Source of the DNA: a virus
Lineage: Duplodnaviria; Caudoviricetes
Reading direction: 5' to 3' (one strand)
Length of the DNA: 32,647 nucleotides
Virus record (IMG/VR): IMGVR_UViG_3300010362_000067
Location: 1-32,647 of that record
Shown piece by piece: positions 8,710 to 17,156 of the stretch (the first letter of the stretch is position 1; each line of letters opens with the position of its first letter). The translations under genes and the position numbers were made by a program. The notes beneath the pieces are model-generated. The model searched no databases and was not told the DNA's origin. It worked only from the letters and a program-made list of their open reading frames with translations.

Positions 8710-9139
8710 CCAGAAATTTGTGCTCGGGCTCACCGGGATCGTCGCGCTCGTCGCGCTCGCGGTCATCGGCATGCGCCAGCACGCGCCCGAGGCGCTCGAT
8801 GTCCCGAAGTACCACCGCGATACGGCGCTCGCGTGCGTGGCGGGCGACTATAGCGTTGATCGCATGCCCGACACCGATCCGGCTGGGCGCGTCGCGGCGC
8901 ACTATCCCGAGTCGTTGCGCGCACTCCGCATGGAAGGCTCGGTGACGCTTCGTTTCGTGGTCGATACCGCCGGGCGCGCCGAAATGAAGTTGGTGCAGGT
9001 CGTGCGGTCCGATCATCGCTACTTCACGGTGGCGGCCGAGAGCGCGCTCGGGCGGATGCATTTTCTTCCCGCAATGAAGGACGGCAAGCCGAAACGATGC
9101 TGGACCGAGCAACGGTTCGACTTTGAGCTAACGCGCTAA
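8699..9139 (+). CDS. Membrane-anchored TonB C-terminal-domain protein
   Basis: N-terminal hydrophobic helix FVLGLTGIVALVALAVIGM; YPESLR...EGSVTLRFVVDTAGR...VVRSD...F..AA..AL.RMHFLPAMKDGKP...RFDFEL. Confidence 0.85.
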   Translation: MTSSQKFVLGLTGIVALVALAVIGMRQHAPEALDVPKYHRDTALACVAGDYSVDRMPDTDPAGRVAAHYPESLRALRMEGSVTLRFVVDTAGRAEMKLVQVVRSDHRYFTVAAESALGRMHFLPAMKDGKPKRCWTEQRFDFELTR

Positions 9140-9148
9140 CCCCGTGAC

Positions 9149-9237
9149 GAAAGGACTTGCGCGCAGGTGTGCGACAGTGTAATATTCACCTGTGGGCCGG
9201 GACGTCCGGCCCGACCGAAACCGCTAGCATCGAGGGA
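9149..9237 (+). repeat. Promoter-hairpin-box element, full copy
   Basis: TTGCGC-17-TAATAT; GGGCCGG-GACGT-CCGGCCC; AACCGCT-agc-ATCGAGGGA. Confidence 0.93.
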
Positions 9238-9244
9238 TTCACGA

Positions 9245-9967
9245 ATGATCGCCACCAAGACCAAGACCAAGAAGGTCGCCGAGATCTGGCCCCCGGCCGA
9301 GATCCGCGAGCACACCAAGGTGCGCCGCGCATGGCTCGCGACCGAAGCCGCCCGCGTCGCGGAGACGCCCCACCGCTCGGCCAAGCTCGTCGGCACGGGC
9401 AGCTACCAGCACTTGAGCGTGTACGAGTCGACGACGGTCCAAGGCCGCGTCCGTCACCGGGGCCACTGCCAACGCTGCGGCGGCCTGCAGGTCGTCGAAG
9501 CGGGCTTCATGGTGCTCCACGGGTACGAGCGCCCCGGCACGGGCTTCATCACCGGCCGCTGCCCCGGCGTCAACCACCGCCCGATGGAGACCGAGATGAC
9601 GCTCACGCACGCGTGGCTCAAGGCGTTCAAGCAAAGCCACGCGGAGACGACGGCGATGCTCGCGCTGGCCGAGGAGGCGCTCAAGGCCGCGCGGACGGTC
9701 TGGTTCGAGGCGGGCTATCCCCGCACCGGGACGGCGCCCCGGAAGCTCTCCCGGCACGAGTCGCCCGAGGCGGTCGCCGCGTGGCGCACGGCGATGACGG
9801 CGTGGGAGGCGGCGAACCCGCTGCTCGCGGCGATCGAGCGGACCGAGGCCGAGGTCGCGACGTTGACGAACGTGCAGTGGAGCTACGCGCAGGAGGTCCG
9901 GCACTTCGAGTTCTGGATCGCCGCGAACCTGTTGGGCAAGCCGCTCGTCGAGGAGGTGGTCGCGTAA
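9245..9967 (+). CDS. Hypothetical protein with putative Zn site and helical tail
   Basis: ATG 7 nt after the box; GHCQRCGG...HGYERPG.G...GRCPG. Confidence 0.75.
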   Translation: MIATKTKTKKVAEIWPPAEIREHTKVRRAWLATEAARVAETPHRSAKLVGTGSYQHLSVYESTTVQGRVRHRGHCQRCGGLQVVEAGFMVLHGYERPGTGFITGRCPGVNHRPMETEMTLTHAWLKAFKQSHAETTAMLALAEEALKAARTVWFEAGYPRTGTAPRKLSRHESPEAVAAWRTAMTAWEAANPLLAAIERTEAEVATLTNVQWSYAQEVRHFEFWIAANLLGKPLVEEVVA

Positions 9968-9979
9968 GGCGACCACCAA

Positions 9980-10069
9980 GAAAGGACTTGCGCGCAGGTG
10001 TGCGACAGTGTAATATTCACATGTGGCCGGGACGTCCGGCCCGCCAATCAAACCGCTTCCATCGAGGGA
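9980..10069 (+). repeat. Promoter-hairpin-box element, full copy
   Basis: TTGCGC-17-TAATAT; first 41 bp identical to the 9149 copy; AACCGCT-tcc-ATCGAGGGA. Confidence 0.93.
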
Positions 10070-10077
10070 ATTCAGCC

Positions 10078-10593
10078 ATGTACGCCCAGACCTTTCCGCG
10101 CCAGTCGCAGCCCCGGTACGCGTCGCCCAAGCAGATCGCGTTCATCACGTCGCTCTGCAGCGAGCGCGGCCAGCCGCTCCCCGAGAACTTGAACGCCATG
10201 CAGTCGCGCGGCGCCTCGGAGATCATCACGACCCTGTTGGCGATGCCGCGTGCGAGCGCGGGGACCCCCGCCGAGCCGCTCGAAGTCGGCATGTACCGGA
10301 CCGAGGCGGGCGAGATCTTCAAGGTGCAGGAATCCAAGACCGGCAACCGGTACGCCAAGAAGCTGATCGTGATCGGCGGCGAGCGCCTGACCGAAGAGGG
10401 CGAGACGGTGAACTTCGAGTTCGAATACGCGCCCGGCGCGATCCGGTCCCTGACCGCCGCGATGCGCCTCACGCTCGAAGCGGCGCAAGCCTTCGGCATC
10501 AAGTTCGGCGTGTGCTGCGTGTGCGGCAAGACGCTCAAAGAGGCGAAGTCGGTCGCGCTGGGCATCGGCCCGGTCTGCATCACGAAGCTCTAA
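10078..10593 (+). CDS. DUF6011-domain protein
   Basis: ASPKQIAFI at the N-terminus; C-terminal CCVCGKTL...S...GIGPVC. Confidence 0.78.
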   Translation: MYAQTFPRQSQPRYASPKQIAFITSLCSERGQPLPENLNAMQSRGASEIITTLLAMPRASAGTPAEPLEVGMYRTEAGEIFKVQESKTGNRYAKKLIVIGGERLTEEGETVNFEFEYAPGAIRSLTAAMRLTLEAAQAFGIKFGVCCVCGKTLKEAKSVALGIGPVCITKL

Positions 10594-10603
10594 ACCCCCA
10601 CGT

Positions 10604-10623
10604 CCCCCGCCGACCGGCGGGGG
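10604..10623 (+). terminator. GC hairpin, possible terminator
   Basis: CCCCCGCC-gacc-GGCGGGGG just after a stop codon; no U tract. Confidence 0.4.
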
Positions 10624-10654
10624 CCACCCCCTCCCCTTCCGAGAGACAACTCAG

Positions 10655-10894
10655 ATGACCAAGACTGTGCACTCCCTTGCCGACTTCCGCGTCGCGAACT
10701 CGATCGCGGACGCGCTCACCGAGGCCGCGATGATCGTGGACGAAGGCGGCGACTTCCGCATGCTCGTGCTCGAATACGACAACGGCGCGGGCGACATTCG
10801 CTACGGCACGCTGCCCGACGACGCCGTGGGATACTTCGGCATGAAGCGCGAGGGCTGGAGCGTCCGCTACATCATCGGCAACAGCAAGTCCTAA
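10655..10894 (+). CDS. Hypothetical protein
   Basis: 79-aa ORF, co-oriented, fills the gap. Confidence 0.68.
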   Translation: MTKTVHSLADFRVANSIADALTEAAMIVDEGGDFRMLVLEYDNGAGDIRYGTLPDDAVGYFGMKREGWSVRYIIGNSKS

Positions 10895-10903
10895 ATTCCG
10901 AGG

Positions 10904-11263
10904 ATGCGATATCTCTACATCGACCAGCGCGCGGCCGTCCACTTGCGGGACGAGCCGCCGTTGGCACTCGATGCGCTCCAAGACCTCCTCGGCGGCTACG
11001 TCGAAGAGATCTGGTTCGAGCGCCGCGAGGGCGAGCCGCGTCTCGCGGTGCTCGACAACGAGGAAGGGCTGCTCGTGAACCTGCCGCCGACCGTGCGCTT
11101 CCCGCAGGTCTACAGCGTGGACGGCGTGCTCCGAGGCGCGGTCGTGATCATGGCGGTCGACGAGCACGGGGACCAAACCGATTTGACCGATGCGCAACTC
11201 GCGCGGGTGACCGTGCGGTCCCTCGCTGGCGACCTCTACCCCACGCTGCACATTTCCGAATGA
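10904..11263 (+). CDS. DUF3846-like protein
   Basis: LDALQDLLGGYVE...NEEGLL.NLP...LRGAVVI. Confidence 0.75.
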   Translation: MRYLYIDQRAAVHLRDEPPLALDALQDLLGGYVEEIWFERREGEPRLAVLDNEEGLLVNLPPTVRFPQVYSVDGVLRGAVVIMAVDEHGDQTDLTDAQLARVTVRSLAGDLYPTLHISE

Positions 11264-11279
11264 GTGCGCGCGCAAGTTC

Positions 11280-11346
11280 TTGCTCGCGCGACGTTCTGAC
11301 TTTACTCTTTCCGCTCGGGACCTTCGAACCCGCTCGTATCAAGGGA
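11280..11346 (+). promoter_or_regulatory. Divergent promoter plus box
   Basis: TTGCTC-17-TACTCT; ACCCGCT-cgt-ATCAAGGGA at 11328-11346. Confidence 0.55.
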
Positions 11347-11348
11347 TT

Positions 11349-11567
11349 ATGATCGCTGCGCCCCAACCCCCACGCTTTCGCTACTACAACGTGCGCTGCC
11401 GCGAATGCGGCGCGACGATGGTCATCGGTGACACCCGGAGCGCAGAGGAGATCCGCGCGCTCTTAGAGAGCGGTGAAGCTCTGAGCGGCCACGCCGCCGA
11501 GTGTAACAGCGGCTGGGGCCGCGCTCCGCTCGCGTTCGAGATCACGGTCGACGAGTCCCGCCGATGA
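11349..11567 (+). CDS. Small Zn-binding hypothetical protein
   Basis: CRECG and H..EC motifs; ATGA overlap with next gene; start uncertain. Confidence 0.6.
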   Translation: MIAAPQPPRFRYYNVRCRECGATMVIGDTRSAEEIRALLESGEALSGHAAECNSGWGRAPLAFEITVDESRR

Positions 11568-12967
11568 CGATTCGCCGCGATGGACTCTATCCGGCCTACT
11601 GGCCCGAGCAGGCCGAGCACACCGTCGACTACGAGATGGCCGTGCCGCCGTGGCATCGGCTCGAAGCGGAGTCGCACGAGATCCGGCAGACGATGCTCGA
11701 CCGGCGGGCACGCGGCAAGCCGCTCCCGCCCTTGGGGCTCAACCTCGCGGACCGGCATTCCTTCGGCACGATCTACGCGCCCTATCCGCCCGAGCGGTTC
11801 ACGGCGCGGAACGTGTTCTGCTTCCAGTTGCTGCCGTCGATCCACGCCATCAAAGAGGCGGCGGCGCAGACGATCGACCAAGCGGTCGCCATGCAACGCC
11901 AGCGGCTCGACACGCGCCAGTTCTCGGACGAACTCGACGCGTGGAGCTTGCCCGCCGACGCGCGCCAAGTCGACGACCTCAAGGAGCAGGTCCGAAGCGA
12001 GATGGCGCACTCGCTCTATCACCACGCGAATTGGCGCCACGACGGGCGGCACGTCTACGTGCTCGATCGGACGACCTACACGCTCCTCGCGAACACGCCG
12101 CTCCCCGACTTGCCCGCGTCGATCTTGTCGGCGCCGTTTCACAGTTTCTATCTCGTGCTGCCGCCCGATGCGTTCACGTTCGGCGTGTGGAACGCGCGCA
12201 CGCAGGTGATCGACCAGCAACCCATCGAGGGCGTGCTGGTCACGATGGATAACATCACGCCGGACTCGCCGAACGAGCGCGAGCTTGCCTTCATGGCGAT
12301 CGGCCAAGGCGAGTCGGTGAGCGATCGGAACTTGGCCTTCATCAGCCTCGCGCTCGGCGCCGACGCGATCTTGAGCAAAGTGCAAATGCCGGGTGCTGGG
12401 CGCATCGTCACCGAGCCCTACGCGCTGGACCCGACCCGCGAGGTACGGAGCTACGCCGCGAGCGAGAGCGAGGATCGCGAAGGGTGGAAGGATGGCGCGA
12501 ACGGCGGCCACGAGATCGGCGTGCTGATCCCGCGCGTCATCATCGGATTGTTACTCTATCTCGCGAGCGAGCACCCCGACATCGAGCCGATCCCGCCCGC
12601 GCCGCGCCGGAAATTCGCGGACATTCGGAGCCCCAAGCAGCGCCAAGCCGCGCTCGACAACCAAGCCAAGAAGCTCAAGGGCGCGACCCGCTTGCCAATT
12701 CTCTATATCGGTCGTCACTTGCATGAGGAGATCGAGGCCGAGCGCGAGCGCGTGCAAGCCGCGATCGACGAGGACGGGGGGCGCACGTACACGCTCGATC
12801 ATCCGGTGTGGGTCCGAGGGCATTGGCGGCAACAGCCGTTCGGCCCCGGCCGACTGGAGCGCCGTCTCATTTGGATTCGGCCCTATCAAAAGGGGCCAGA
12901 CATGGCTGCGTCGATGAAGGTGCAGGCTGCGAAAGTCCAGCGGGCGCAACCCGCCGGATTTGAGTAA
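11564..12967 (+). CDS. Hypothetical protein with C-terminal VRGHWR motif
   Basis: HPVWVRGHWRQQPFGPGRLERRLIWIRPYQKG, a motif I recognise from uncharacterised phage proteins. Confidence 0.8.
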   Translation: MTIRRDGLYPAYWPEQAEHTVDYEMAVPPWHRLEAESHEIRQTMLDRRARGKPLPPLGLNLADRHSFGTIYAPYPPERFTARNVFCFQLLPSIHAIKEAAAQTIDQAVAMQRQRLDTRQFSDELDAWSLPADARQVDDLKEQVRSEMAHSLYHHANWRHDGRHVYVLDRTTYTLLANTPLPDLPASILSAPFHSFYLVLPPDAFTFGVWNARTQVIDQQPIEGVLVTMDNITPDSPNERELAFMAIGQGESVSDRNLAFISLALGADAILSKVQMPGAGRIVTEPYALDPTREVRSYAASESEDREGWKDGANGGHEIGVLIPRVIIGLLLYLASEHPDIEPIPPAPRRKFADIRSPKQRQAALDNQAKKLKGATRLPILYIGRHLHEEIEAERERVQAAIDEDGGRTYTLDHPVWVRGHWRQQPFGPGRLERRLIWIRPYQKGPDMAASMKVQAAKVQRAQPAGFE

Positions 12968-12988
12968 TCTCTCATAGGAGTCTCGACG

Positions 12989-13513
12989 ATGGGCAAGCAA
13001 CGGTATCAATTCAAGGTGAATCTCTTCGGCCCCGACGCCGATCCGCAGGCGATCGGGGAAGAGATCGAGGCGTTGATCGACACGAAGCAGGAGCATGTCA
13101 CGCACGAGGAGCTTATCGCGGCCGGGCGCTCGCGCGCCTCGGCGCTCAACGCGTGTTTCACGTTTGATGACGTGCTCGCGGGCGAGAAGTATCGCAAGGT
13201 CGAGGCGCGGCGCTTGACGACGCAGTTGCACCTTGCCGACAAGAAAGATCCTGACAAAGCCTCACGCACGCGTGCCTTCATCTACGTCAAGCATCCGGGG
13301 CACGAGGGGAAGCGCGTGCTCTTGTCGATGCGGAGCGCGATGGGCCGGTCGGACTTTCGGGGGCAAGCGATCGAGCATTCCGTCAAGCAGTTGCAGCGGC
13401 AACTCGACTACTGGACCGCGAACTTTGGCGCCGACGCGCGGCTCCGCAGGCTGGTCAAGGACGTCGCGAAGCTCCGCAAGCGCGCGGAGCGTGAACTGTT
13501 GCAGGCGATCTAA
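12989..13513 (+). CDS. Conserved phage hypothetical protein
   Basis: AGGAG RBS; CFTFDD.LAGEKYR..EARRL resembles the FEWDD..AAE.YR..QAR family motif. Confidence 0.75.
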   Translation: MGKQRYQFKVNLFGPDADPQAIGEEIEALIDTKQEHVTHEELIAAGRSRASALNACFTFDDVLAGEKYRKVEARRLTTQLHLADKKDPDKASRTRAFIYVKHPGHEGKRVLLSMRSAMGRSDFRGQAIEHSVKQLQRQLDYWTANFGADARLRRLVKDVAKLRKRAERELLQAI

Positions 13514-14181
13514 TGGGGACCTTCCAGAAAACCGCGTTCGGGGACTACCTCGCCAAGCACGAGATCGCGATGGACAAGATCCCCGACGAGTGGCGCACCT
13601 TTACCACCCGGCTGCGCAGCACGCCGGAGAAGGTCGGCGCGAACTCGCCCACGTTGCCCGCGTACGCGAAAGCGATCGGCCGCCCCGTGGCCGAGGTGCA
13701 GAAGTTCGCGATCGGTCCGCTCATGAATGAGCGTATGCTCAAGAAGGTGCAGACGCAGATCGACAACGGGAACCGGAACGTTGGCGGCATCAACCGCAAG
13801 AAGGGTAAGGGCAAGAAGAAGCGTCGCGCAGCCGCGCGCGAGTCCGGCGGCGAGGTGCTCGGGAGCGTCGAGGTCGACGCGCGTGAACTCCCCACCAACG
13901 GCAGCAAGCGGCCCGGCAAGGCGCTCGCGAAAGTGGTGAAGGCGCCGCGCGAGACCCCGGTGCAGTACAACCGGCTCAAGAAAGGCAGCAAGGAGCTTCG
14001 GCAGTCGGCGCGCATGCTCGTGCAGATGTATAACGTGGCGGTCATGCGGGGTGACACGATGATCGATCTCCCGGTCGGGGACTTCTACTATCTCTTGCAC
14101 GACTGGCTGACGGAGAAAGGGGTCACGTCCTCGGCGCTGGTCACCCCACAGTTTCACGAACTCTTTGATAAGAAGTTCTAA
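13513..14181 (+). CDS. Basic hypothetical protein
   Basis: TAATG coupling at both ends; K/R-rich centre. Confidence 0.72.
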   Translation: MGTFQKTAFGDYLAKHEIAMDKIPDEWRTFTTRLRSTPEKVGANSPTLPAYAKAIGRPVAEVQKFAIGPLMNERMLKKVQTQIDNGNRNVGGINRKKGKGKKKRRAAARESGGEVLGSVEVDARELPTNGSKRPGKALAKVVKAPRETPVQYNRLKKGSKELRQSARMLVQMYNVAVMRGDTMIDLPVGDFYYLLHDWLTEKGVTSSALVTPQFHELFDKKF

Positions 14182-14435
14182 TGAGCATCCGTCGTCAGAT
14201 GGAGCATGCGCTCCGCGATCTCCGGGATGCCGAGGCGTCGATTGAGCGGGCGCGGCGGGCGGTCATCGACGAGATCCGCCGACGCCTCGATGAAGAGGGC
14301 ATGACGCCGTCGACGTTGAGCCGCGCGACCGGCATCAATAAGGGGAACCTCTACAACATGCTGACGCTTGGGAAATGGAATCAGCACATCGCCGAGGCGT
14401 GCGCCGAGGTGCTTGATCGGCCCGAGGGCGCATGA
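14181..14435 (+). CDS. XRE-like HTH protein
   Basis: GMTPSTLSRATGINKGNLYNML. Confidence 0.72.
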   Translation: MSIRRQMEHALRDLRDAEASIERARRAVIDEIRRRLDEEGMTPSTLSRATGINKGNLYNMLTLGKWNQHIAEACAEVLDRPEGA

Positions 14436-14583
14436 TTTGCCATCAGTGCCACGCCATCGTGAGAAAGAAGCCCTCTCCGAGCGATCCGATTCGGATTCAT
14501 TGGCTGAACGAAGTAGCGACAGGGCGAGTCGTTGTTAAAGTTCCGGCAAGATATATCCGAGGTCTTTTGGCATCGGATGCCCA

Positions 14584-15030
14584 ATGAGGACAGGCATCTG
14601 GTACGAGGGCCATCGCAATTACGATGGTGGGCCGAATGCCGTAACGCGCAATGATCCGCAGACCGGCGCAGCGCCGCTTAACTGGCGGCTCGACATCCGT
14701 AGCCATTCTCCCACTGGGCTGGAATGGTCTTACGGAGGGAGCGGTCCGGCCCAGTTGTCGCTCGCGCTCTGCATCGACGCGCTCGACGGCGACGTCCCGC
14801 GCGCCCAGCGCGTCTATCAGCAAGTGAAGTGGATGGTGGTCGCCGCCTTCGATCAGCACGAGTGGCGCATCACGCAGGACGAGATCCTCGCGACGATCGA
14901 GGGGATCGAGGAGGACATCACGGCCACGACCGCGACGTGCCCGTTCCACGGGACCGAGTACGACGCACGGCTGGGCGGCTGTCCGATCTGTATCGCAGAC
15001 GAGCGGGAGACTGGGACGTGGGAGCGATGA
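14584..15030 (+). CDS. DUF6166-like protein
   Basis: RSHSPTGLEWSYGGSGPAQLSLAL; C-terminal CPFH...CPIC. Confidence 0.78.
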   Translation: MRTGIWYEGHRNYDGGPNAVTRNDPQTGAAPLNWRLDIRSHSPTGLEWSYGGSGPAQLSLALCIDALDGDVPRAQRVYQQVKWMVVAAFDQHEWRITQDEILATIEGIEEDITATTATCPFHGTEYDARLGGCPICIADERETGTWER

Positions 15031-15248
15031 TGATGTACTCACAGATGGACCCCGGCGGGGAGCGCCACTACATCGCGGGCGTGGCGATCCACGCGGGCGA
15101 CGGCATCCGCATCTTCCACGACGGCCGGTGGCAGGAGGCGCGCTACGAGGCGAACTGGCAGCGGGGCCGGATCACCGGCGCGTGGGCGTATCTCTCGGAG
15201 TCGCTCGCGATCGTGCTCACGCCGGACACGCCGGTCGAGTTGCCATGA
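15027..15248 (+). CDS. Small beta protein (DUF5348-like)
   Basis: IHAGDGIRIFHDGRWQEARYE; ATGA coupling at both ends. Confidence 0.6.
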   Translation: MMMYSQMDPGGERHYIAGVAIHAGDGIRIFHDGRWQEARYEANWQRGRITGAWAYLSESLAIVLTPDTPVELP

Positions 15249-15670
15249 GCCTCTTCGAGATGCGGGCGTTCGAGTTCTTGGACGCGCTCGACCTGACGCA
15301 TGTGATGCCGCCCTACCTGCCGCAGATCATGCGCGAGTTCGGCGTGTCGGCCGAGCGCGCGGCCGAGGTCTGCGCCAATTGGGTCAAGGCGCGGAAGCAG
15401 CAGACGTTCGAGAGCGGCAAGTCCAGTCGGCTGCCGAAGCAGGATCTCTTCAAGGTGCCGGTGTCGGGTGTCCAGCCCGACGAGTTGAGCGCGCGGCTGC
15501 GCGCATCGATCGACGCGGTGAAAGCCCTCTGGCCCGAGGGCACGATGGTGACGCTCTTCGTCGCGGACTTCGGCGCAGGCGGCGGGCTCACCTACATCTC
15601 GAACGGCGACCGCGCGGGGATGATCGAGACCGTGCGCGAATGGCTCGAACACCAACACAAACTCTCATGA
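15245..15670 (+). CDS. Hypothetical protein
   Basis: ATGA coupling; MSLFEMRAFEFLD...LTYISNGDRAGMIETVREW. Confidence 0.72.
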   Translation: MSLFEMRAFEFLDALDLTHVMPPYLPQIMREFGVSAERAAEVCANWVKARKQQTFESGKSSRLPKQDLFKVPVSGVQPDELSARLRASIDAVKALWPEGTMVTLFVADFGAGGGLTYISNGDRAGMIETVREWLEHQHKLS

Positions 15671-16161
15671 GCCCCTTCGGCAGCGGCAAGTCGAATAATC
15701 TGCATGCGAGCAGCAAGCGGACGGAGGTTCCGCCGCCGACGCTCACCGAGGCGATGAACAATCACCCGGAAGCCGGGCCGCTCGATCCCACGGCGTTCTG
15801 GGAAGAGTATTTGTTCCGCGCCGCGCAAGTGAACATCCGCGATGAAATGATCTACGCGACGCTCATCACGGAGCGCATGGTCTCCACCGAGAACAAGAAG
15901 CTGCTCACGCGCGCGCAGCGCCGGGAATGGGAGAATGCCGTCGCGCGCTTTCACAAGCAGCGTGCGAAGGGCGTTCCGGCGTGCGACCTGTTCGCGGAAG
16001 CGTGGCACTATGAGCCATTCCGCACGCGGCCGACCGACGGGCAGCTTCGATCCATGCGGGCATTTAGCGAGGAGTTCGAGCAAGCGGTGGCGGCTGGTCC
16101 CGAGGCGCTCGAAGCGTTGAAACAGAAGATGATCGAGAACGGGACGTTAAAGTTCTCATGA
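15667..16161 (+). CDS. Hypothetical protein, paralogue 1
   Basis: ATGA coupling; MSPFGSGKS...DPTAFWEEYL. Confidence 0.75.
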   Translation: MSPFGSGKSNNLHASSKRTEVPPPTLTEAMNNHPEAGPLDPTAFWEEYLFRAAQVNIRDEMIYATLITERMVSTENKKLLTRAQRREWENAVARFHKQRAKGVPACDLFAEAWHYEPFRTRPTDGQLRSMRAFSEEFEQAVAAGPEALEALKQKMIENGTLKFS

Positions 16162-16517
16162 GTCCCGTCGGCAGTGGCAAGTCGCACAGCGTGAGTTGGC
16201 GCGATCGCGTGAATGCGATCGCCGTGCAGAATGGGCGTGTGCTCACGTTCAAAGAAGCGAATGCGCGCATCCCTCCGGCGTCCGATCCGACGGAGTTCTG
16301 GGAAGGCTATCTGCGCGCGGGGGTCGAGTCGAATCTCAGCGAGGATGTGCTCTATGCCGGATTGCTCACGGAACGTTTGGTGACGCCTCAGAACTACGCG
16401 CTGCTCACACCCGAAGAGCGCGACGAGTGGGATAGGGCGCGTTGGCGGGCGCGCTCGTCCGGCGTTCCGCTGAGTGATCTGATTGCGGATGCATACATCG
16501 TCGGGCAACTCAAATGA
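16158..16517 (+). CDS. Hypothetical protein, paralogue 2
   Basis: ATGA coupling; MSPVGSGKS...DPTEFWEGYL. Confidence 0.75.
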   Translation: MSPVGSGKSHSVSWRDRVNAIAVQNGRVLTFKEANARIPPASDPTEFWEGYLRAGVESNLSEDVLYAGLLTERLVTPQNYALLTPEERDEWDRARWRARSSGVPLSDLIADAYIVGQLK

Positions 16518-16861
16518 CCGACGCGCAGGAGATCATCCTCGTCTGCGTGCCGACCGCGTCGATGCTCTTCCCCGTCGCGGGCGCGCGGATGGGCCAGTGC
16601 CGCGATTGCGAGCAACGCGTGTGGCTCGCGCCGTCGTCGTGGCCGCAGATGGACCGGGTGATCGTGGTGTGCATGGCGTGCGCGATCGATCGCGTGCGGA
16701 AGGCGAACGCGAGCGGCGAGCCCCACACGTTCGCGGGGACGCTCCCCGGCCAACTCGACGAGTTGATGGCGGCGGGCCTGCCCGAGATGACGGCGCACCA
16801 CCTCGACCAGATCGATGCGGCGATGCTGGAGAAGCTCGCGGAGAAGGACAATGCCGACTAG
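16514..16861 (+). CDS. Zn-ribbon hypothetical protein
   Basis: CRDC and CMAC motifs; ATGA coupling. Confidence 0.68.
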   Translation: MTDAQEIILVCVPTASMLFPVAGARMGQCRDCEQRVWLAPSSWPQMDRVIVVCMACAIDRVRKANASGEPHTFAGTLPGQLDELMAAGLPEMTAHHLDQIDAAMLEKLAEKDNAD

Positions 16862-17153
16862 GGCGGCGGCCGATCATCTCCGCGCGATCGAGCAGGGGAA
16901 TCGCGCGACACGCGTGCGCGAGACGATGGGGCTCACACAAGATGAGTTCGGCGCGCTCCTCAAGCGAACGCTCCGCGTCTATGGTGTCCGGCGCCACTAT
17001 GACAAGTCGCTCGTCTCGCGGATCGAGAGCGGCGCGCGGAAGCTCAAGCCCGAGGAAGCCGTCGTGATCGCGGAGCTAGATCCCGAGCAGCGCGGGATCT
17101 GGTGGCTCATGTTCGGCCACGCGCTCCCACCTGCGCGGGAGTCACGCCCGTAA
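16851..17153 (+). CDS. XRE-family HTH protein
   Basis: RVRETMGLTQDEFGALL...SLVSRIESGARKL. Confidence 0.78.
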   Translation: MPTRAAADHLRAIEQGNRATRVRETMGLTQDEFGALLKRTLRVYGVRRHYDKSLVSRIESGARKLKPEEAVVIAELDPEQRGIWWLMFGHALPPARESRP

Positions 17154-17156
17154 CCG

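Noticed and set aside
3171-10069. Repeats as a CRISPR array
   Set aside because: Intervals are 0.2-2 kb and contain whole genes; no cas genes; repeats contain promoter motifs.
3171-10069. Repeats as integron attC sites or IS/MITE ends
   Set aside because: No RYYYAAC/GTTRRRY ends, terminal inverted repeats or target duplications seen; no integrase or transposase in the window.
9157-10593. 478-aa ORF as a single gene
   Set aside because: The first 307 codons are an Arg-rich off-frame read of the 9245-9967 gene and two repeats; the real start is 10078.
14436-14583. Lower-GC intergenic gap as ncRNA or origin
   Set aside because: No convincing stem, iterons or promoter match by eye.
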